From a virus (Duplodnaviria > Heunggongvirae > Uroviricota > Caudoviricetes), in IMG/VR virus record IMGVR_UViG_3300012983_000003, positions 64,001-121,045 of that record: a stretch of 57,045 nt of DNA; one strand, given 5' to 3'. The notes beneath the pieces are model-generated. The model did not search any database. It was not told the origin of the DNA and saw only the letters and a program-made list of their open reading frames with translations. A program made the position numbers and the translations under genes. Position 1 is the first letter of the stretch, and each line of letters begins with the position of its first letter. Positions 16,301 to 24,504 of this stretch are shown piece after piece.

Positions 16301-17982
16301 CCGCCCGCGATTACGAACTGGCTCTTAACCTCTTCTTTGCCGTCCTTACACTCCCATAAGGTAAATACATTGTCTGCCTCGTCGCCAGTAAGCAATGTTG
16401 CTCTACCGTATGTTGCATAATATGTATATCCCTCAACATCCAGATTTCTCATTTCTTGCTGTAACTGTGTAACAGTGCCGCTTAAAGACTGAATGTTGGT
16501 TGCGTTACCTGCGATATTCTGAGCGTTCTTATCAATGCTTTCTTGGAAAGCAGCAATCATCTCATTGATTTGGTCTTTTGTGTAGCTATCGCCACCAATT
16601 ACGCGAAATTCTCCGTTAATAAATCTGTAATGTGTGTAAGCACCACTATCCTGATTAACGATATAATAATCGGTAAATTCACTACCTTTTTCAATATCTG
16701 GTAAAGCCGAGCCCACATACGCGAGAGAACCCGCAATAATCTCCCAATAACCCTCGATGTATTTATAATATAAATAACCAGAGTTTGTTTTAAGGATATA
16801 GTCAACATCTGGCTCTCCGACTTCAGGTAATGACTCTACAACAAGTGTAGAAGAACCACCGAATACATCCCAAGTTTTATTACCAACCTCATCTGTAATA
16901 TACCAATACTTATCATATCCGGTACCAGAGTCTTTGGGAATAAGATAGAATGTCTGCGAAGCACCAGCCGCGGGGAGCTCGTCAACAATTTCAATAGTAA
17001 ATGCGTTATATTCTGCAAGTAATGCCTGCATATAACTTCTTGATAACGCAACAGAACCTCTCAAGGCATCGCCAAGCTTCTGATACTTTAATGTATCTGT
17101 TAAAACATAAGCATCTGCAATTTCATTCTTAACTTCATCAAGATTATACTGAACCATATCAGCACGACCTTGTGCATACGAATAAACATCAACCTTAAGG
17201 TTTTGAGTGTCATATACATTAGGCTGCATAGCAGTTTCAGCCTTGCTTAAAGTAGACTCAAAATCCGCATCAACTTTACTACGAGAAATACTACCGTCTT
17301 GGATAGTTAAATTAGCAAGCTGACCGCTGGCAAGATAGTCTGCCATTTCTTCAATAACTGCGTTTTCAATCAACTCAGCGATAACCTCGTTATTTGCTAA
17401 CTCGGTGACTTGAAGCTGTAAGTCGTCTACTTGCGCTTGGTCAGCCTTCAGCGCGATAGCATTTGCGTTGGCAGTTTCGGCTGCCTTTGCTCTGGAAATC
17501 TCGCTAATTAAGTCAGCTTGCGCCGCTTTTCTATTGATTTGAATTTGTAAATCCTTTTGTGCGGCTTCAATATCGGCAACGCTTTGGTCATTCCAAGAAG
17601 TAACTGCGTTAATTTTGGTAACAAGCTGATTGTAGAGAGACTCCGAAATTTCTGTGCTACTTGCGTCAGAAATTAAAATATTTTCGTCAACACGCAAAGT
17701 AAGATAGTTGGTTGTACCTATGGTTGTTTCGTGACTACCATAGAGCATCAACGTACAAGTACCAACACCGATTTCAGGCGGTAAGAAAACACAATTATCT
17801 TCATCAAGATACTGGTTATACGCCGTACCGTTCTGCCTAAACTGCGCGAATGTCATTAAGCCGTCCCATTCATCAGTTAAGTTAAATTGAAACTTAACAA
17901 ACTGTTGAGAACCCGCCACGATGCCATCCATTGTTGAAGACATATACATCTTTTGGTTGACGACATTTATGAGTATGCTCAT
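10321..17982 (-). CDS. Giant multidomain tail fibre / receptor-binding protein, DGR target
   Basis: BppU-like N-terminus, three ~40-aa repeats, Ig-like folds, LamG-like domain, CotH-like kinase region, LRRs, InlB-B-type repeats, C-terminal DUF6273/CLec-like domain with WWLRSP and the VR. Start ATG 17982 after GGAGG. Confidence 0.88.
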   Translation of the reverse strand: MSILINVVNQKMYMSSTMDGIVAGSQQFVKFQFNLTDEWDGLMTFAQFRQNGTAYNQYLDEDNCVFLPPEIGVGTCTLMLYGSHETTIGTTNYLTLRVDENILISDASSTEISESLYNQLVTKINAVTSWNDQSVADIEAAQKDLQIQINRKAAQADLISEISRAKAAETANANAIALKADQAQVDDLQLQVTELANNEVIAELIENAVIEEMADYLASGQLANLTIQDGSISRSKVDADFESTLSKAETAMQPNVYDTQNLKVDVYSYAQGRADMVQYNLDEVKNEIADAYVLTDTLKYQKLGDALRGSVALSRSYMQALLAEYNAFTIEIVDELPAAGASQTFYLIPKDSGTGYDKYWYITDEVGNKTWDVFGGSSTLVVESLPEVGEPDVDYILKTNSGYLYYKYIEGYWEIIAGSLAYVGSALPDIEKGSEFTDYYIVNQDSGAYTHYRFINGEFRVIGGDSYTKDQINEMIAAFQESIDKNAQNIAGNATNIQSLSGTVTQLQQEMRNLDVEGYTYYATYGRATLLTGDEADNVFTLWECKDGKEEVKSQFVIAGGGGGGTTTTTNLVVDRITASPIIATPTDKVEIKINYSSTDSDGELIDGNYTWKLGSSTIMTGALVQGENTFDMTEYVSIGTQKFTLTVVDDGGSVNVKSWTVQVVDVRLESAFSDRITYPAGNSVNFTYTPYGSVSKTVHFILDGEELEPVVTSASGTLQSYSLPAQEHGAHLLECYITATVNNIDIETDHIFKDIVWFDDESDVPVIGCIYRYDHYGKVPSKQYNTTNIVYYVFDPNTGTPTVTHTADGSVVATETLTSTSNTWSYKTDVIGDHNLVISCRDVSVPIVMDIAELGIDVSPVTANLAFDFNPTGLSNTSENRLWTDANTGVTMTVSDDFDWINGGYQLDDDGNQYFCVKAGTRAVINYNLFERDASLYGSEFKVIFKATNVRDADATFLSCQSDATVVGLEMNAHAAYLKTSATGSDPLYIPYSEDDIVEMEFNINTLDTEDATATAVIMSYEDGVGFRPLIYDAAHRLYQFAPVPITIGSDDCDIHIYRMKAYTSALSDADILSNFIADSRDSDTMIARYERNDIYNENNAITPEFVASACPDLKIIKIDCPYFTQDKKEIIKNTTIECIHKNGDTALDNWKAINAAHSGQGTTSNEYGYAGRNLNIYMCFDGEYTNKNTTYDPDYITELTMGDGTKYSDGTGKVALTRTSVPNALFNIKVNIASSENANNALLQKRFHEFLPYTTVAQKRDPNAKTTMEFVNCVVFVRENNSDLSTHREFNDTDWHFYALGNIGDSKDTDSTRAYDPDDHNEFVVEISDNTKPNSIFPSGLTDASGNQVYPISESQWVAGNTAYDSLYGNWDETFEFRYEHADITDEEQAANIQVWNDFYKWIITSTDEEFVNELKDWTIEEASLYMYLFTERYTMVDNRAKNTFWHYAKVYISEAEAEALGDKAEWYTIDNEAAAIRNGYRFDFWDYDNDTAIGINNSGEMTMTYGKEDTDYRTDGDPNSGYIYNAAESIFFCRIRDLMYPQLQAMYLNRESAGAWSASGLISQFDTWQEMFCEELWKLDIERKYYRTYQGGTKRFLETMMNGRKRYHRRQWERDQEAYMGTKYVAASVKADQIMFRCNTPTEAVVTPNYDLKIVPYADMYLSVLYGNSATPMQIRAKAGVEYEIKNPLSGKMDDTAILIYCSSKIQELNDLSGCYIHDNDFTKASKLQKLIIGNDTEGYANSFLTELNIGNNALLQELNVKNCPNLIGSVNLTSCGNLETFYAEGTAITGVIFAPNGKIVTAHLPDTINTLSMRNLNYLTDLQVSYDNLESLTEENSIVDEYAIVVDAKDTLQTLRLTGIDWTLPDSTLLNEILAMNNTSLSGKVYVSGAIRNQELANYAAAWSDLEVTYDPANLIPQHLITYVNDDDENTVLYEVYVDQNATPPDPYKEGWIAKPTKASDEQYTYEFGTTTDGEYVAGSGWDEITSAVLAKRTVKAKYTKTVRTYTVTWYSRAGLSLGSTQATYGSEVVYTGATPTNTTEEEFAIYNVFAGWDKSTGYIRGDTDVYAIWERASLPALPTVEGGKHLEEMSVAEINAVVASGKTANYFALKDYTDITLGHDFNFANVPSEVLAENLVLDGTTATTTEVKLFGENERSFTLAIDYQFTGTDVNNTLVSTFQEDGSEGFRLRYNSNPNIQWGDVKQEFGSGLQRDIVVIRHRKGENKLYVYASNGTDAKTQFSAATIRAEITRSRSTNTDEAISFGGIRFSDGGYDDYGTGIIHWCKIWYDDIGDTNCKQLATWYHEPLRMEFCGSERYRLAGGTSQKSNASFICNHLLAGRTYWMNSTNTNVGGWDASLMRTFLNTRIYDALPTVWKSMLKKVKINASAGNKSSELIVSEDNVYLASTTEMNNNSSEPYASEGDYITWYTSDRYRLKFKGLIIPDDVKFFSATSDPSTVSTNVIKAGDIWLDSDDSSRGYIYEPQEVLDKYNITPNATAAIGGGWIQAQYWWLRSPYVGITTGFWGVYGYGGVTNGDAYYSGGVCPCFSI
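10334..10439 (-). repeat. DGR variable repeat (VR) at the 3' end of the receptor-binding protein gene
   Basis: 21 mismatches versus TR in 106 nt, all at TR adenines (14 A>G, 6 A>T, 1 A>C); encodes LRSPYVGITTGFWGVYGYGGVTNGDAYYSGGVCP. Confidence 0.97.
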
Positions 17983-18024
17983 TTGCAATCCTCCAATCTT
18001 TATTCATTTCGGTAATACAATGTA

Positions 18025-19821
18025 TTACGCTGTTCGTTTCCAAGCATAAACACCACTAATACCAGTGGAGACGCTTGACCAACTGCCGATATTGTTTATC
18101 GCAGTAGGTAATGTACTTCCGCTGTGCATATAGACTGCTCCAACGGGGTACATAATATTAAGAATATTCACATTATTTAGCATAATGGGAACATTGAAAT
18201 TAAAATCATTTTCGCCCCAATCACAAATTGGAATACCGCGTGATACCGGGACTGTTTTAGTGACCGTGCTTAAGACATAACCATCGGCGCCATCTTTGAC
18301 CCTCACCTGAAAATCATAATCAAGATGATAGTCAAAATCCTCTCCTAACGAAATACTGCCATCAGAACGATATGTAGTAGTGCTTTTGATAATTTTCGTT
18401 GTATCAACGGTTTGCCAAGCACTGTATGAGCCACCAGACGCGGCATATCGATACTCCATTATTAAAGTGTTAGATTTTGCACCAAACGACCCTTGATACC
18501 AACTACCACTAACATCTAACACTATAGAACTTCCGGTAGAGGTCGGTCGTGTGATGATAGGATTGCAGGTTAACTGGACATAATTTACAACAGTTGGTGT
18601 TACAGTTGTAGAATTTGAATACCCACGGGAGTCAGTGGTTTTAAATACAAATTCCGTGGCTGAAACATTTGTAAATGTTTTTACATCATTTGATGGAGTT
18701 TCGTTGTTTATCGTTTTTGATGAAATGGTAGCCGAGTTTTTAGAGGTTGCTGTAATGGTACATTTTGCCGTAGACTTATACCTGATTAAAATAGTATTAC
18801 TATCAGTACCTCCGGTTAAGGCTAATGTAGTGGTGTTTGTGTCAACAACAGAACCAGAAACACTTGGTTTGCAACTTGACGAAGCCGCCGTGACGGTTAG
18901 AGTGCAAGTATTTGACCCCAATGACGTATTGCCGTTATATGTCGTGCAAGTTATAGTACAAGTTCCTGTTTTTGCATTTGGAATTTGTGCGTAGAAAGCA
19001 GTAGGGACAGTCCAAGCAATAGAGGTGCTTGAGGATTTAGTGGCTATAGTTCCCGTGAGACTACCAAAGCTATATGTTAATGTGTGTGTATAACCTGAGT
19101 TATATCTTGTGACGGAAATTGTTGATGCGCTACCGATATTTGCATCTGTGGCGCCAACCTCCGACTTCAAAGGTGTTGCGGTCGCAACGACAGAAACATT
19201 ACCGCTGACAGTATGTGTATTACCAGATGTAAAACTTGAGCCATTAACGGTATGTTTGGTAATGCCATAGTTTGTACTTGCCGTAAAAGAAATTTTAAGT
19301 TTGTCACCATAGTATAATTTATTAGCGCCAGCGGATAAATTGCCAGTACCTCCTGCGCCGCCAGACGAGGTTCGGTTAACTGTAATACTACTACCAGTAC
19401 CCGCAGATATACTAAGTGTATATAAAGGAATACGAGAACAGTTGATAGTTGTGGAACTAAGACTAATATTACCCGGACCCCAACCACCAGAATTACACGA
19501 GCCACTACAAGAAACTGTAAAACTTGCATCACCGGTGGTAGTATTATGGTTAATTGTAGTAGAACCAGATTTAATGGTAATGGTATATCCTTTGTTGCCC
19601 TTGTCGTTCATATTAACATTGCCGTTGTATGAATACGCGCTACCGGCAACATAGTAGGTGACATTCATATTACCATCAAAGTCATACGAGTCGGTAAGCT
19701 GTTCGATTTTCAGCGCGTGAGATATTGTGCTTTGCTTATTTGCGATGCTCGTCGAGATTGAATATTCAATATACATTTTGTACCAACTACTGCGGTCAAC
19801 AGTACAATTTATAACTGCCAT
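18025..19821 (-). CDS. Minor tail / baseplate structural protein (DUF859-like)
   Basis: S/T/G-rich; ATDANIGS...HTLTYSFG..GTIATKS..W..P..FY.QIPNA..G..TITC.TY pattern; position between Tal and fibre. Confidence 0.7.
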   Translation of the reverse strand: MAVINCTVDRSSWYKMYIEYSISTSIANKQSTISHALKIEQLTDSYDFDGNMNVTYYVAGSAYSYNGNVNMNDKGNKGYTITIKSGSTTINHNTTTGDASFTVSCSGSCNSGGWGPGNISLSSTTINCSRIPLYTLSISAGTGSSITVNRTSSGGAGGTGNLSAGANKLYYGDKLKISFTASTNYGITKHTVNGSSFTSGNTHTVSGNVSVVATATPLKSEVGATDANIGSASTISVTRYNSGYTHTLTYSFGSLTGTIATKSSSTSIAWTVPTAFYAQIPNAKTGTCTITCTTYNGNTSLGSNTCTLTVTAASSSCKPSVSGSVVDTNTTTLALTGGTDSNTILIRYKSTAKCTITATSKNSATISSKTINNETPSNDVKTFTNVSATEFVFKTTDSRGYSNSTTVTPTVVNYVQLTCNPIITRPTSTGSSIVLDVSGSWYQGSFGAKSNTLIMEYRYAASGGSYSAWQTVDTTKIIKSTTTYRSDGSISLGEDFDYHLDYDFQVRVKDGADGYVLSTVTKTVPVSRGIPICDWGENDFNFNVPIMLNNVNILNIMYPVGAVYMHSGSTLPTAINNIGSWSSVSTGISGVYAWKRTA

Positions 19822-19836
19822 TCTCTATACACCTCC

Positions 19837-22284
19837 TTATCCGCCAACAAAGAAACACGCTGTGCGTTTAGAGTCGGTACCGTTTGAATAATCCTCAAAG
19901 CGTGTGTTTGCACCAACAATTAAATACTGTCTGGCGCTAAGGTTTAAAGCATTTACGCCGTCTGCGTTTGCCGCTAACACCACCTCGTCATCACGAGTAA
20001 TTTGCATACCTTCGTGGTTCAGTAGGTTTGTGATTTCGTGGTTTTCACGATAAATATTTAAACCATCATTATTAAAGGTGTATCCCATTGAGGTCATAAC
20101 CTTATCCGCTTCTGTACTTTCTTCAAGGGTTTGAACTCTAATTGTCAGAGAGTCCTTTTCTTGTATAACCTGTGTTAATTTATCATCAATTTCCCCAACA
20201 GAAGATTTGATTTTGCCATCAACAACAGTTAATAATTCTTGACCATTTTTATCTAATATCTGCATATTGTTACCCATAATGATTTCACCAATGATAACTT
20301 CTGCGTTTATACCGTATGCTGTTCCACCCTCGCCGAAATCAAGTTCGCCGACAGCGGTCTTACAAGAGTCCCACGAGTCATCCGTAAATACAAGATTTTT
20401 ACTTGTTAGCTTTACTTGTTGAGGGTCGAATTCACCGTTTTCTAATCTGCGTCTACCAGTATATCCAGCGCCGTCAATAACAACCTCTTCGTCTTCTGAC
20501 GCAAGCGCCTTATTCATCGTTAATGTGCGTGAGGTTTGTAACGCTTCCTTCATCGCATTAAACTCTCCATTTTTAATCGGATAGAGAATTTCTTTGATAT
20601 AATTTAAGGTGTTTGCAGACTTTGAAATATTACCAAGTACATTTTCAAACAACGACTTGGGGTCAAACTTATTAAAGCGATTACCGAAAGTCATAGTCAA
20701 AACTCGGTCATCATAGTTAATTGTGATATTAGATAAAAATAAAAGAGCAATATCGTTGGTGTCTAACTCTACATTGATTAAACAGCCAGTTTCTAATTGC
20801 TCGCTCCAGTGTTGGAATTTCTTTGAAAATATAAAGTTTTCTGCGTCCACATCAAATTCTTGTGTAGGCTTAGATACTCTGTCAAGCTGAGACTTACTAC
20901 GGTCATACAAAATTTTCATTTGTGCAAACTTCTCGTCGTAAGTCATAATATCGGTGAATGTAACATATTCATCTCGATAACTACCCTCGAAGATATAATG
21001 AGAAAGTTCAGTATATTCTTCTTCGGTAAAATAATTTGTAATAGCCAACGCCTGTTGAATGTCGCTAATATCCATACGATATATCGCGATATATACATTG
21101 ATGGAGTTAAGCTGAGTTACAATGTTTTCTTGTTTGCTTTCACATTCGGCAATCAAATTATCAATGGATTTAAGCGTGTCCGCAATTTCTGGACATACCT
21201 CGATTGGCATACCACCATTTTCAATAATAATGGTATTATAATCATCGACCAAGAGCGTGTTAGACTCTGCAATAATATTTTCTCTACAACGCCTATACAT
21301 CTTGATTTGCGTAGCTAAACTCTCAATCTCGAATTGTAAATTATTAGCCTCCGTCAATCTGTTATAGTATTGTAGATTTAATTTATAATAGTTATCCATT
21401 TGGTCATTGATTGCTTTCTGCCAAGCAGTCACTTTATTTGCCAAGCCCTCAGACATCCAACTAATATAATAACTGAAGTCATAGATTACATTGGTGCCAA
21501 GTGGGTTAATAGCCGAGATAGTGATGTTTTCATCACCCAAAACACTAATTGCCGTATATAAATCATCGGCATTTTCTGTTATGTTGATTGAATTTATTAA
21601 GTCATCTTTTGTAAGATGAATGTCTGTCTGGCGAACATAATTATCTTGTGCATAGACGCTAATAGTGCGGTTGATTGTATTAAAAATAAAAATACATTCG
21701 TATGCTTCTTGTACTTTTTCTAACAAAAACGCAAGACAGTTCATAGATGTATCAACATCTTCAAATGTACGCCATTTTTCCGATACTGCATCATCCACAT
21801 ATTCGATAGTCCATAACGGAATGGTCTCGACAATGGTTTCTAAAATACCTTTATTGTTTCCTGTCATATCGGTAGAAAAGCGATATGTTCCATTAGCGAT
21901 GAAAGGTATCATCTTTTTTTCTATCTCAACATCTATAGATTTCGCAGTAATATCTTTAAAATGGACTCCGTTTTCATATCCGTCTTTGACAGAAGAAATC
22001 ATAAAATAACCTATATCTTCTGCAAAAATTAAACGCTTATTTTGTAACGCTTTGTAAATAGCATAAGTATGCGCATTTTCATCGGGGTCTTCACGGATAA
22101 TCCTATTTACTCTTAAATTTAAGTCCGATGTAGCATTGAAATTAAAAACAATTTCTTCAGCTTCGTGGTCTACCAGCATACCAACGACATTTGTTAACAT
22201 ACCGTTGTTATACACACTGCCCGGACTACATAAAGTAAATTTAGGAAGTTCAAAATTCTCGAGGCTACTGTAACGAACAATCAT
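19837..22284 (-). CDS. Baseplate hub / tail-associated (Tal-like) protein
   Basis: Follows Dit; prophage-tail-type N-terminus, coiled coil, C-terminal TF..DGL.I motif. Confidence 0.7.
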   Translation of the reverse strand: MIVRYSSLENFELPKFTLCSPGSVYNNGMLTNVVGMLVDHEAEEIVFNFNATSDLNLRVNRIIREDPDENAHTYAIYKALQNKRLIFAEDIGYFMISSVKDGYENGVHFKDITAKSIDVEIEKKMIPFIANGTYRFSTDMTGNNKGILETIVETIPLWTIEYVDDAVSEKWRTFEDVDTSMNCLAFLLEKVQEAYECIFIFNTINRTISVYAQDNYVRQTDIHLTKDDLINSINITENADDLYTAISVLGDENITISAINPLGTNVIYDFSYYISWMSEGLANKVTAWQKAINDQMDNYYKLNLQYYNRLTEANNLQFEIESLATQIKMYRRCRENIIAESNTLLVDDYNTIIIENGGMPIEVCPEIADTLKSIDNLIAECESKQENIVTQLNSINVYIAIYRMDISDIQQALAITNYFTEEEYTELSHYIFEGSYRDEYVTFTDIMTYDEKFAQMKILYDRSKSQLDRVSKPTQEFDVDAENFIFSKKFQHWSEQLETGCLINVELDTNDIALLFLSNITINYDDRVLTMTFGNRFNKFDPKSLFENVLGNISKSANTLNYIKEILYPIKNGEFNAMKEALQTSRTLTMNKALASEDEEVVIDGAGYTGRRRLENGEFDPQQVKLTSKNLVFTDDSWDSCKTAVGELDFGEGGTAYGINAEVIIGEIIMGNNMQILDKNGQELLTVVDGKIKSSVGEIDDKLTQVIQEKDSLTIRVQTLEESTEADKVMTSMGYTFNNDGLNIYRENHEITNLLNHEGMQITRDDEVVLAANADGVNALNLSARQYLIVGANTRFEDYSNGTDSKRTACFFVGG

Positions 22285-23118
22285 TTACAACATCCTCCTC
22301 GCAGAATATTCAACTTCGATGGACGACACATCGCCCATAACAGTAAGTTTATTTTCACCATCAAGCAGCCTGATGAAGTTTCGCAGAGCAAATTTCTCAT
22401 AATATTGACCACTTACATAGTTAAGTTCACCCTTCATCACAATAGACGCTTCTGGTGAAATACCAATAAATTTTGTCAAACGATTTGTGTCATCGGTGTT
22501 ATTTGAGATAATTACATCTCCGCCCTCACTACCCATTTGGATAGTAATTTTAGGGTAAATATAATCGTCGATGTCTGTATCAACACCAACAGATATTAAC
22601 GAGCTAATATCAGACGCACCATTATTAACAATATACTTTTTTGTGATAGTGTCAGTCCAAGCCCAGCCCATATCCGTCTCAAGCGTTGCTTTATATCCGA
22701 CGATACCGCCGTTGTATTCTAACTTCTCTGGGTTGATAAAACGACAATTTAAGTAATACCTAATTCTCTTGCCATCAATATACTCATAAGTTTCGCCAAG
22801 CAAGTCATCTGCTGGGTCAAAATACAACTTTCTATAATCTCTGCGATTAAATAACCATTTTTCGATGGTTCTACGTTCTCCAACCTCAAGAAGACGGTCA
22901 TTATCTGTGATGATTTCAATATCGAAAGATAAGGGAGAGTTGGCATAATCTGTATCAATCAAATGTCGCTTCTTTTCGCTTTTATTAAAAATTGTGATAC
23001 TTTCAATAGAACCTGCTTTTTGCGTAATTCTATTAGTGTTCACAGATGCGATAATCAAACTATACTGTCTCGATGGTACGCCCGCAAATTCAAAATGAGA
23101 ACCATAAATATCAGCCAT
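22285..23118 (-). CDS. Distal tail protein (Dit-like)
   Basis: Position after the TMP; F.F.G..S..Y.L N-terminus and L..G.N.L C-terminus. Confidence 0.7.
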   Translation of the reverse strand: MADIYGSHFEFAGVPSRQYSLIIASVNTNRITQKAGSIESITIFNKSEKKRHLIDTDYANSPLSFDIEIITDNDRLLEVGERRTIEKWLFNRRDYRKLYFDPADDLLGETYEYIDGKRIRYYLNCRFINPEKLEYNGGIVGYKATLETDMGWAWTDTITKKYIVNNGASDISSLISVGVDTDIDDYIYPKITIQMGSEGGDVIISNNTDDTNRLTKFIGISPEASIVMKGELNYVSGQYYEKFALRNFIRLLDGENKLTVMGDVSSIEVEYSARRML

Positions 23119-23232
23119 CTCATCACGCTCCTTTCTGTATTATTTTCGTAGTTAAAATTTTCCTTTATCCCATACCGCAAAGGATGGGACGGTTCTACCC
23201 TTAACCATAAAGGGTAACACAAAATAGAAGCG

Positions 23233-23250
23233 GGCTCCCCGAAGGGAGCC
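23233..23250 (-). terminator. Hairpin/terminator after the TMP-endonuclease unit
   Basis: GGCTCCC-TTCG-GGGAGCC on the minus strand followed by CGCTTCTATTTT. Confidence 0.55.
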
Positions 23251-23303
23251 ACGCATAAAAGTGTAGTTTTTAAAATGAAAAAGTAGTTTTATCTACTTAT
23301 AGA

Positions 23304-24503
23304 CTAACAATATTCCCATACCATAGGAACACCATTAAGTTGACCATATGAGTCTATGACACCATCACAGCACTTAGTAATACCTCGACGCGACAAGTGA
23401 TGTATTGCTGACGCATTGTTTATACTCTTGAATATTTCATCGGTATTAACAAGCCTTATACACTTAGTCTGTTGATGCCTTGAATTCTTAGACTCCGACA
23501 ATTTCGCATCAATCTTATCTTTCGATGCTGTATTGTATTCGTCTTCATACATCCAAGCAAGTTTTATGCCGTTGTATTCTCCACCAGACTTTCGCTTGCC
23601 GAGACAATTTGACCTAATTGCAGTATCACTCACGCCAAGAATTTGTGATGCGATTTCTATGCTATCATATATCTGACCAGTATTCAGTAAAACCACCTTT
23701 AAGGGCTCAACTTTTTGACCGTCACAAATAGCCTTATGTATTTGTTCTTCAGATAATGTGTCGTACTCACTGGCAAACATCCAAACAAGATTTTTGCCAT
23801 TCATCGTACCGCAACTCTTGCGTATATGTCTACAACAAGCAGAGATGTTAGAAATATTATATTTCTGAGTCGCTTCTGCGACAGACTCAAATCTTTCGTT
23901 GGTGTTTAATAATACGACCGGAGTTATATCGTATTTTAAACCAGTTTGGGCTTTAGAAATCCTCTCTGATATTTCTTCTTCGGTCATATCGATATAGTCA
24001 TCATATGTCGCCCACGCTAATGCCACTCCGTTGGTGCGCCCAGCAGACTTGATACGACCAGTACACGCCATTTATATAATAGATGGTGAAAGACTATGGA
24101 TGGACGATGCCTCTACATATGAGTTAAAAACCTCACGAGTGTTTAACAGAACGACTTTATGACTGTTTTTAGCACCAATCAACGCCTTCGTATAATTAGA
24201 CTTTCTGTTGCCAAGAGTTCCGTCGCCGCCGTCCGTGAGATTGTAAACACCGCTATTTTTAGAGTACATATCGATATAATATATCTCTAAATCACTTAAA
24301 TCATCTCTGTCGCACACATCAATAATTTTAAAATCAAAAGCTGTTTCGCTATATTTATTCCAAGATTTTTGAAGGTGCGCGTTGTGATGTGTTCCAAGAT
24401 TTAATAAGCGTTTATGCGCTCTAAAACGCTTTGCGATATTCACGCTTTTACCAACATACACCATATTGTTAATGGTGTTTTGAATTATGTATATACCGCA
24501 CAT
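23304..24503 (-). pseudogene. GIY-YIG homing endonuclease with four NUMOD1-like repeats, split by an in-frame TAA (24072-24074)
   Basis: GIY-I...VYVG..R..H..E..YNLT.GG catalytic domain (24072-24503) is in frame with 23304-24071. The stop falls inside repeat 1 (SPSII*MACTG versus SDTAIRSNCLG in repeat 3). Confidence 0.85.
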
Positions 24504-24504
24504 T

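Noticed and set aside
24072-24074. Stop-codon recoding (alternative genetic code)
   Set aside because: It is a single TAA; all long genes are intact under code 11, and TAA, TGA and TAG all serve as normal stops.
23119-24503. Group I intron around the GIY-YIG gene
   Set aside because: TMP ends and Dit starts normally, so no gene is interrupted, and I could not identify intron core elements. It is treated as a free-standing endonuclease gene.
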